NCBI GenBank assembly: GCA_022794055.1
Contig: JAAWEA010000044.1
Coordinates: 19,006 to 83,005, forward strand
Direction: 5' to 3'
DNA length: 64,000 nt
Origin: Clostridia bacterium
GTDB taxonomy: Bacteria > Bacillota > Clostridia > TANB77 > CAG-508
Every line of letters begins with the position of its first letter. Position 1 is the stretch's first letter. Positions 49,085-56,716 of this stretch are shown piece by piece. The notes below the pieces were generated by a model that did no database searches, had not been told where the DNA came from, and was given only the letters and a program-made list of their open reading frames with translations. The position numbers and the translations under genes were made by a program.

Positions 49085-50899
49085 ATGAATAACCAAAAAA
49101 TAAGAAACATAGCAATAATAGCACACGTTGATCACGGAAAAACAACATTAGTAGACGCATTACTAAGACAAAGCCATGTATTTAGAGAAAATGAGCAAGT
49201 GCAAGAAAGAGTAATGGACTCAAATGACCAAGAAAAAGAAAGAGGAATAACAATACTTTCAAAAAACACATCAGTAATGCACAATGATATAAAAATAAAT
49301 ATAGTAGACACACCAGGACACGCTGATTTTGGAGGAGAAGTAGAAAGAGTATTAAAAACAGTTGATGGAGTTTTATTACTAGTTGACGCATTTGAAGGAG
49401 CAATGCCACAAACAAGAGAAGTTCTAAAAAAATCACTAGCACTAGGATTAAAACCAATTGTAGTTATAAATAAAATAGACAGACCAGGAGCAACACCTGA
49501 GAAAGTAGTAGATCAAGTAATAGAATTATTTATTGAATTAAATGCAACAGATGAGCAACTAGAATTTCCAGTTGTATATGCTTCAGCCAAAAATGGAATA
49601 GCAAAAATGGACTTAGCAGAAGAAACAACAGATTTATCTTGCCTTTTTGAAACAATTGTAAACACAATAGAAGCACCAAAATGTGATGTAGAAGGTACAG
49701 CACAAATGTTAGTATCAAATATTGATTATGATGATTATGTAGGAAGAATTGCTGTAGGAAGAATTGAAAGAGGAACTTTAAAAGTTGGAATGCCTGTAAG
49801 CATTTGTGGAAAAGAAGATAAAATAACACAAGGAAGAATTGCCAAATTATATACACATGTTGGACTAAAAAAAGTTGAAGTAGAAGAAGCAGGAGCAGGA
49901 GATATAATAGAATTTGCAGGAATTTCAGAGATTAACATTGGAGATACAGTATGTGATTTTGAACATCCAGAAAAAATCCCATTTGTAGATATTGACGAAC
50001 CAACTGTAACTATGACATTTAGTGTAAACAATGGACCATTTGCAGGAAAAGAAGGACAATTTGTAACATCAAGACATATTAGAGATAGACTATTTAAAGA
50101 ACTTGAAAGAAATGTTTCATTAAGAGTAAAAGAAGGAGCAACACCAGATTCATTTGAGGTATCAGGAAGAGGAGAACTTCATTTATCAGTACTAATTGAA
50201 ACAATGAGAAGAGAAGGATTTGAATTATTAGTATCACGTCCTAAAGTTATATTTAAAGAAATTGATGGAGTAAAATGTGAACCAATAGAATTACTAGTAG
50301 TAAATGTGCCAGACGATTGTGTAGGAAATGTAATTGAAAAACTAGGTAGAAGAAAAGCAGAAATGGTTAATATGGAACCAGCAGAGGCAGGACATACAAA
50401 AATAGAATTTAGAATTCCAGCTAGAGGAATAATTGGATATAGAACAGAATTTTTAACAGATACAAAAGGTGAAGGAACAATGAACCATATATTTGACAGC
50501 TATGAACCATATAAAGGTGATATTCAGGCAAGAGTTAGAGGAACAATTGTAGCTTTTGAACCTGGAAAATCTGTAACTTATGGATTATACAATGCACAAG
50601 ATAAAGGTGAATTATTTATTGGTGCTGGTGTAGAAGTATATGAAGGAATGATAGTTGGACTAAATTCAAGAGGAGAAGATTTAGCAATAAATGTTTGTAA
50701 AGAAAAACACTTGACAAATACTAGAGCATCTGGTTCAGATGAGGCTTTAAGATTAGTTCCTCCTATTCAAATGTCATTAGAGAAAGCTATTGAATTTATT
50801 CAAGATGATGAATTAGTTGAAATTACACCTCAAAATATCAGATTAAGAAAGAAAATATTAGATTCAAAGGAAAGAGAAAGAGCAAATAGAAATAAATAA
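49085..50899 (+). CDS. typA: translational GTPase TypA/BipA
   Basis: IRNIAIIAHVDHGKTTLVDALL is the G1 motif, DTPGHADF is G3 and NKID is G4. 604 aa. Confidence 0.95.
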   Translation: MNNQKIRNIAIIAHVDHGKTTLVDALLRQSHVFRENEQVQERVMDSNDQEKERGITILSKNTSVMHNDIKINIVDTPGHADFGGEVERVLKTVDGVLLLVDAFEGAMPQTREVLKKSLALGLKPIVVINKIDRPGATPEKVVDQVIELFIELNATDEQLEFPVVYASAKNGIAKMDLAEETTDLSCLFETIVNTIEAPKCDVEGTAQMLVSNIDYDDYVGRIAVGRIERGTLKVGMPVSICGKEDKITQGRIAKLYTHVGLKKVEVEEAGAGDIIEFAGISEINIGDTVCDFEHPEKIPFVDIDEPTVTMTFSVNNGPFAGKEGQFVTSRHIRDRLFKELERNVSLRVKEGATPDSFEVSGRGELHLSVLIETMRREGFELLVSRPKVIFKEIDGVKCEPIELLVVNVPDDCVGNVIEKLGRRKAEMVNMEPAEAGHTKIEFRIPARGIIGYRTEFLTDTKGEGTMNHIFDSYEPYKGDIQARVRGTIVAFEPGKSVTYGLYNAQDKGELFIGAGVEVYEGMIVGLNSRGEDLAINVCKEKHLTNTRASGSDEALRLVPPIQMSLEKAIEFIQDDELVEITPQNIRLRKKILDSKERERANRNK

Positions 50900-50961
50900 T
50901 TGACATAAAATATAAAAAGGTGTATAATACAAATATAAAAATAAAAGAAGGAGGCATATAT

Positions 50962-51183
50962 ATGGTAAATACTAAAGCTTCCAAATTGCGGGAATGCAAG
51001 TTAAATCCGCAAGAATCATGTGAGGCATGTAAGCATTGTGGAGTTTGTCCATATCCATATTGTCAAAGCATTGACTGTAATGACTGTTGGCAAAAGAAAT
51101 TTTGTCCAATGTGTCAAGGTGATTGTGATGTGTGTCAAAAAGTATTAACTTGTAGGATATATTTTCCAGATGCCAAAGTATAA
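50962..51183 (+). CDS. small Cys-rich protein (14 Cys in 73 aa; unknown function)
   Basis: ATG at 50962 after AAGAAGGAGG. Contains CEACKHCGVCPYPYCQSIDCNDCWQKKFCPMCQGDCDVCQKVLTC, with multiple CxxC pairs. Confidence 0.45.
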   Translation: MVNTKASKLRECKLNPQESCEACKHCGVCPYPYCQSIDCNDCWQKKFCPMCQGDCDVCQKVLTCRIYFPDAKV

Positions 51184-51185
51184 TG

Positions 51186-51230
51186 GGAGGGGGTCTTATT
51201 CGAAAGGATAAGACCTTATTCCTATTTTAT
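51186..51230 (+). terminator. putative terminator
   Basis: GGTCTTAT-TCGAAAGG-ATAAGACC followed by a T-rich stretch. Confidence 0.4.
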
Positions 51231-51646
51231 AGGAATCCAAATATAATACATTCTACAGAAAAATTGCTTTGCAATTTTTTACAGACCAATAAATACAGGG
51301 CATGAAAATAATCTAAAAGATTAAAGTATTTTAATCATTTTTCTTTTGTTCTAGTTGATAAAAAATAAAAAATATTGTATAATAAGAAAAATAATGAACT
51401 TAGTGAAAAAGATAGATTATATGCACAAATAGCAACCTTAGAAAGAAGAGGACGAAACTAGTTTACAATAAATATCTCAAGAGATATATAAAGAAGTTTA
51501 TGAAAAAGAAAAAGAAATATCACAAGATATATTAGGTAAAAATAATAAAAGTGAAATTACTTTATAGTATTTAGCAAAAATTGAAAGAACAGAATGTAAC
51601 TTACAAAAGGAAGAATCTGAACAAGATAGGAGAGAGGTGAAATATA

Positions 51647-51961
51647 ATGTTTAAAGAAAATCCATCAAGAAATGCTTCAATATGCAGAAAATATATAGAT
51701 AAAGCAGTAAGGGGAGCTAACATAGAAACTATTGCTAACTCTTTGAGGAAACGAATAGAAGTTAATCCAGATACTGAGCATAGAATGGATATTCAAAGAT
51801 ATATACATAAATTAGTTTCTGAAGGAAATGAATTTGCAGTAATTTGGGATGAATTAAGCGCCAGATTTCCAAATTCGAAATATAAAGGATATTTTCCACG
51901 TTGGATAATGGATAAAATAGAGAAAAGTAAAAGACAAGATAATAAAGAAAGAGAAATCTAG
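51647..51961 (+). CDS. hypothetical protein
   Basis: 104-aa ORF with RBS GAGAGAGGTG. Its stop abuts the next gene's start. Confidence 0.35.
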   Translation: MFKENPSRNASICRKYIDKAVRGANIETIANSLRKRIEVNPDTEHRMDIQRYIHKLVSEGNEFAVIWDELSARFPNSKYKGYFPRWIMDKIEKSKRQDNKEREI

Positions 51962-51962
51962 T

Positions 51963-52550
51963 ATGAATAAAGAAGAATTAGATAAAATAAAAAATCAAGC
52001 TCTTTTAGAAAATATACCAATTATAATGGATGACACATTAGAAGTAATAGAAAAAAGGCTAAAAGAAAATCTACCACAAAGAATATTAGAAATAGGTACA
52101 GCAGTAGGATATTCTGCTATATGCTTTTCGGAATTTCTAAAAGAAAATGGAAGAATTGACACAATAGAAAGAGATGAAGAAAGAGTTAAACAAGCAATAG
52201 AAAATATTAAAAAAGCAGGAGTAGAAGAAAAAATCAAAATTTATCAAGGTGATGCAGTAGAAATATTGCCTACTTTAAATGAAAAATATGATATGGTATT
52301 TATTGATGCAGCAAAAGGAAAATATCCATTTTTCTTAAAAGAAGCATTAAGAATGTTAAATAAAGATGGAATTATTTTTGCTGATAATATTCTTTACAAA
52401 GGATATGTATTGAGTGATTATAATAAGCATAAACAACGTACAGCAGTAAGAAATTTAAGAGAATATATTAAGCAAGTTTCTGAAAATCCTAATTTAGATA
52501 CAGAAATTTTAGAAGTTGGAGATGGATTAGCAATTAGCAAGATAAAATAA
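51963..52550 (+). CDS. class I SAM-dependent O-methyltransferase (family 3; YrrM/TrmR-like)
   Basis: ILEIGTAVGYSA is the motif I Gly-loop. Acidic residues, FIDAAK, and FADNILYKG, typical of the caffeoyl-CoA-OMT-like family. 195 aa. Confidence 0.7.
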   Translation: MNKEELDKIKNQALLENIPIIMDDTLEVIEKRLKENLPQRILEIGTAVGYSAICFSEFLKENGRIDTIERDEERVKQAIENIKKAGVEEKIKIYQGDAVEILPTLNEKYDMVFIDAAKGKYPFFLKEALRMLNKDGIIFADNILYKGYVLSDYNKHKQRTAVRNLREYIKQVSENPNLDTEILEVGDGLAISKIK

Positions 52551-52561
52551 AAGGAAAAACC

Positions 52562-52606
52562 CCTATCTTGAAATAAAATCAAGATAGGGGAAATTTTGTA
52601 GATACT
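52562..52606. terminator. bidirectional rho-independent terminator
   Basis: CCCCTATCTTGA-AATAAAA-TCAAGATAGGGG flanked by an A-run and a T-run. Confidence 0.5.
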
Positions 52607-52607
52607 T

Positions 52608-53444
52608 TTAACACTCATCAATATGTTTAGCTTTTTTAAGCCCAATTTTGTCAAATATTGAACCATCATGAAAAACCTTGAAGCTTGGTATATGAACTTT
52701 TTCACATTCAAACCAAATATGTTTGTTAATAGCCTTGTACTTATTATCTTTGTAGCTATTGTGTGCTGCTTCCCCTATTTCTGCTTCTTCGTGCATTATA
52801 AGTGTTCTTATTTGCACTTCAAAGGTGTCATTGCCTTCTACAGTTTTGTAAGCGATGTGTATGGATTCATATTTGTCTCTTGGAACTTCAATGTAGTTTT
52901 TGATAAGTGGATCAGACCCTACCTGTTTTGCAGGAGTACATACTGTACATCGAAGTCTTTTTTTAAAGTATTCCATACATATATCTTTTACATCATAGCA
53001 ATATGAAACTGCGGAACCAAGTGAGTCAATTATGACTCGAAAGGCAATTAAATCAGAAAGATCTATACTTTTACCTTCAAAGTAATATAGAACTACCTTT
53101 TTCACAGTACTTTCAAAACTTTTCCTTCGGCATTCAATTGTAATTGAAACTCCTTTTGGAAGTCTTTGTGAAAAAATAGAGAGTAAAGTGGCAATTTGTG
53201 AACGGAGTTTCTTGATAAATCTGCGATTTTGTACGACTTTCTTATAGCGAATAAATTCGCTAACAAGATCTTGGCACATTTCATCATGTTGGCTTGATAA
53301 CAAAGAAATGAATGTGTTAATAACTTCTAAGAAATCGTTGTTCGAATATATTGCTTTCCGATAAAGATTTCCTATAAGTTCTAAGCTTTTTTCCTGCTGA
53401 GGTGTTAATTCAATAGTTTCTTCTTGTTTTTTCTGAGTAGCCAT
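52608..53444 (-). CDS. RelA/SpoT-domain (p)ppGpp synthetase, small alarmone synthetase with N-terminal extension
   Basis: CRRKSFESTVKK is the R-x-K-x-x-S synthetase motif. Also DLIAFRVII and EVQIRTLIMHEEAEIGEAAHNSYK, the canonical EIQIRT..MH.WAE..H..YK. 278 aa. Confidence 0.6.
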   Translation of the reverse strand: MATQKKQEETIELTPQQEKSLELIGNLYRKAIYSNNDFLEVINTFISLLSSQHDEMCQDLVSEFIRYKKVVQNRRFIKKLRSQIATLLSIFSQRLPKGVSITIECRRKSFESTVKKVVLYYFEGKSIDLSDLIAFRVIIDSLGSAVSYCYDVKDICMEYFKKRLRCTVCTPAKQVGSDPLIKNYIEVPRDKYESIHIAYKTVEGNDTFEVQIRTLIMHEEAEIGEAAHNSYKDNKYKAINKHIWFECEKVHIPSFKVFHDGSIFDKIGLKKAKHIDEC

Positions 53445-53596
53445 TTTGATATTCCTCCTAATTTTTTATGCTAACTACATATTGATATTATAACACAAAT
53501 TTACATAAAAAGAAAGTTTTGACTATAAATATTGACTTTAGAGGGGGGCATGTATATAATAATTAAGAGAAAAAGAGAGAAGAGAGTGAAAATAAA

Positions 53597-54829
53597 ATGA
53601 AAAAAATAGAATTATTAGCACCAGCAGGTTCATTTGAAAAAGCAAAAATAGCATTTAAATATGGGGCTGACGCAGTGTATTGTGGAACATCATCATTATC
53701 ATTAAGAACAAGAGCTGATATGGATAATAATGACTTAATAAAAACAATAGAATATGCACATAGCATTGGAAAAAAAGTTCATGTTACAATAAATATTTTT
53801 GCATTTGATGAAAAATATGAAGAAATAATAGAATTAGCAGAAATGTTAAATAAAGTAAAGCCAGATGCAATTATTGCTGCAGATGTAGGAGTAATTGAAA
53901 CTTTAAAACAATATGCACCAGATGTCCCAATTCATGTAAGTACACAAGCAAACATAATAAGCTTAAGAGATGCTAACTTTTGGCATAAAAATGGTGCTCA
54001 AAGAGTTATTATGGCAAGAGAGATGAATAAGGAACAATTAAAATATATTATGGAAAATAAACCTAAAGAGTTGGAAGTAGAAATGTTTGGACATGGTTCA
54101 ATTTGTTTTGCATTTTCTGGAAGATGCTTTTTAAGTGATTTTATGTGTGGAAGAAGTGCAAATTTAGGAGATTGTGCTCAAAGTTGTAGATGGTCATATA
54201 ATTTATATGCAGAAGAAAAAAATAATCCAGGTGAACTTTTGCCAATAGAAGAAAGTGAGTATGGAACAAGTATATTTTCATCAAAAGATCTATGTTTGCT
54301 AAAAGAAATCCCAGAAATTATTGATATGGGTATTGATAGCCTAAAAATAGAAGGTAGGCTAAAAACAGAATATTATATTGCAAGTGTTATAAATGTGTAT
54401 AGAAATGCAATAGATGATTATATTAAAGCACCTGAAAGTTATGATTATACAAAGTACTTAAAAGAAATTGAAAAATCAAAGACTAGAGAATTTACAACAT
54501 TTTATTTTAATGATAGAAATAATAAAGATATACAAGATTTAAGTGGAAGGCAATATAATGATAAATATGAATTTGGTGGAATAATATTAGATTATAAAAA
54601 AGAAAAATCTGTAATAGAAATAAAAAATAAATTGAGTGTTGGAGATATAATGGAACTTATAATGCCTAATAGGCTAGAACCAGAAGTGTTTCAAATTACA
54701 AAATTGTGGGATTATGAAACACAGGAGCAAATTGATAGTATTAGCCCAGGAGTAAAAGGGCAAAAAGTTTTTATGAAATTACCAATTGAATGTGAGAAAG
54801 ATTGGATTTTAAGAAGAAAGAAAATTTAA
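53597..54829 (+). CDS. peptidase U32 family protein (RlhA/YhbU-like)
   Basis: N-terminus MKKIELLAPAGSFEKAKIAFKYGADAVYCG, the conserved E...C...HGS, and a Cys-rich CFAFSGRCFLSDFMCGRSANLGDCAQSC Fe-S-like cluster typical of U32. Confidence 0.8.
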   Translation: MKKIELLAPAGSFEKAKIAFKYGADAVYCGTSSLSLRTRADMDNNDLIKTIEYAHSIGKKVHVTINIFAFDEKYEEIIELAEMLNKVKPDAIIAADVGVIETLKQYAPDVPIHVSTQANIISLRDANFWHKNGAQRVIMAREMNKEQLKYIMENKPKELEVEMFGHGSICFAFSGRCFLSDFMCGRSANLGDCAQSCRWSYNLYAEEKNNPGELLPIEESEYGTSIFSSKDLCLLKEIPEIIDMGIDSLKIEGRLKTEYYIASVINVYRNAIDDYIKAPESYDYTKYLKEIEKSKTREFTTFYFNDRNNKDIQDLSGRQYNDKYEFGGIILDYKKEKSVIEIKNKLSVGDIMELIMPNRLEPEVFQITKLWDYETQEQIDSISPGVKGQKVFMKLPIECEKDWILRRKKI

Positions 54830-54872
54830 TTAAAAAGACCTCAAAAATGAATATTCACTTTTGGAGGTCTTT

Positions 54873-55421
54873 TTAATTTTGAGAATCTTCTAATAAGATA
54901 TCAAGTATTTTTGGATACAATTTGGAAGCATTTTTATTCCAGTTGTCTACAATTTTTTTTGCTCTTTCTCGAGATCCAGCAAAAGTTCTAACTTCAAATA
55001 TTGTATCATTTTTTTCGACAATTTTACATTTAATTGTATAATCATTTTCATTTTTAGGAGTAAACTCAGTTATAATAGAAGTTTCATCTACAATTGAAGA
55101 AAATTCTTCTTTAAATACATTGTCAGCTTTTAATTTTATTATTCCTGGCAAAACATCAATAGTAAGAGAAAGCGCATTTTTCCCTTCACTTGTTATTCTT
55201 AGTATAGATTCTTCTTCGTCGTCTTTAGTAAATATACCCACTAATTTGGAATCTAATAAATCTGTTAAAACTTCCTTAAAGTAAAAATAATTAACATTAT
55301 TTATAGAAGAAATAATTTTATACAAGCCATCTTCTAATAGACCATCTGTAACTCTATTTAAAGTGTATAAAATTAATACTTTATTTTCAGCCAAAGTAGC
55401 AGTATTATCGTGATTAGACAT
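54873..55421 (-). CDS. hypothetical protein (DUF4364-like)
   Basis: 182-aa ORF with RBS. No diagnostic motif. Confidence 0.3.
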   Translation of the reverse strand: MSNHDNTATLAENKVLILYTLNRVTDGLLEDGLYKIISSINNVNYFYFKEVLTDLLDSKLVGIFTKDDEEESILRITSEGKNALSLTIDVLPGIIKLKADNVFKEEFSSIVDETSIITEFTPKNENDYTIKCKIVEKNDTIFEVRTFAGSRERAKKIVDNWNKNASKLYPKILDILLEDSQN

Positions 55422-55598
55422 TTTATAACACTCCTTACTTCGTAATTTTTTGTATTATATCATAAAAAATGGAAAAAGTAAAATATTTTATGATAATACT
55501 TAAAAATTTCAATCATTGTTATAAAAATATTTTAAATAATGTTTATAATATGTATAAAAAGTTATATAATAATAAATAAGACAAAAGGAGGTAGTAAA

Positions 55599-56555
55599 AT
55601 GAAAAAGGGAAAAGTGGTTCTAGTGGGAACAGGCTTTGTAGGAATGAGTATGGCATATTCTATATTGAATAAGGGTGGTGTAAATGAACTTATATTAATA
55701 GATATAGATAAGGATAAAACAATAGGGGAACAAATGGATTTGTCAGATGGATTACCTTTTGCTCCACAAAAGATTGTAATAAAAGCAGGAGATTATAGTG
55801 ATTGTAATGATGCACAAATAGTTGTAATAACAGCAGGAGTTCCTCAAAAACCAGGAGAGACAAGATTAGAATTAGCAGAAACAAATACAAGAATTATTAA
55901 AAATATAACTAAAAGTATAATGGAAAGTGGATTTAATGGTGTAATAGTTGTTGCTAGTAATCCAGTAGATTTGATGACTTATGTTGTATCGGAAGTATCA
56001 GGACTTCCAAAAAATCAAGTAATTGGAACAGGAACAGTTTTAGATACTGCAAGATTGCGCTATATTATTTCAGAATATTTAAAAGTATCGAGTAAAAATG
56101 TTCATACTTATGTTATGGGAGAACATGGTGATTCTTCTTTTGTACCTTGGGAGCAGGCTTATGTAGGATGTAAAAAAATTAAAGACATTATGAAAGAAAA
56201 AAATTATTCAATAAACAAGTTAGAAGAAATACATCAAGAGGTTGTTAATGAAGCTTATAAAATTATAGAGAAAAAGAAAGCAACATATTATGGAATAGGA
56301 ATGGCTCTAAGTAGAATTTTAAAAGCTATATTAGATAATGATAATTCAATTATAACAGTTTCTACTTATTTAAAAGATGGAGAATATGGACAGGATGATA
56401 TTTATATAGGAGTACCTGCAATTGTAAATAGTAATGGAGTAAGAGAAGTATTAAAAATTGAATTAAGTGAAGAAGAACAAACGAAATTAAATGATAGTTG
56501 TAAGATTATTAAGGACATGAGAAAAGAATATATTGATAAGATTATAGAAGAATAA
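55599..56555 (+). CDS. ldh: L-lactate dehydrogenase
   Basis: GKVVLVGTGFVGMSMAY is the Rossmann GxGxxG. ITAGVPQKPGETRLEL has the substrate Arg. MGEHGDSSF has the catalytic His. ATG at 55599 after AAAGGAGG. Confidence 0.9.
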   Translation: MKKGKVVLVGTGFVGMSMAYSILNKGGVNELILIDIDKDKTIGEQMDLSDGLPFAPQKIVIKAGDYSDCNDAQIVVITAGVPQKPGETRLELAETNTRIIKNITKSIMESGFNGVIVVASNPVDLMTYVVSEVSGLPKNQVIGTGTVLDTARLRYIISEYLKVSSKNVHTYVMGEHGDSSFVPWEQAYVGCKKIKDIMKEKNYSINKLEEIHQEVVNEAYKIIEKKKATYYGIGMALSRILKAILDNDNSIITVSTYLKDGEYGQDDIYIGVPAIVNSNGVREVLKIELSEEEQTKLNDSCKIIKDMRKEYIDKIIEE

Positions 56556-56556
56556 T

Positions 56557-56716
56557 GGAAAGAGAAAAAGGGAAAAAGGAAAAGGGAAAAAGGGTCCAGG
56601 ACAAAAAATCCCTCTTAAAAAATAACTATATTGCCAAACAATATAGTTATTTTTTAAGAGGGATTTTTTGTCCTGGACCCTTTTTCCCTTTTCCTTTTTC
56701 CCTTTTTCTCTTTTCT
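56557..56716. repeat. palindromic intergenic repeat element, copy 4 (longer arms, nested palindromic loop)
   Basis: Arms GGAAAGAGAAAAAGGGAAAAAGGAAAAGGGAAAAAGGGTCCAGGACAAAAAATCCCTCTT and its complement. The loop AAAAAATAACTATATTG..CAATATAGTTATTTTTT is itself a palindrome. Confidence 0.85.

Noticed and set aside
13971-56716. CRISPR array
   Set aside because: The recurring elements are inverted, self-complementary repeats scattered tens of kb apart, not short direct repeats with unique spacers. No cas genes are present.
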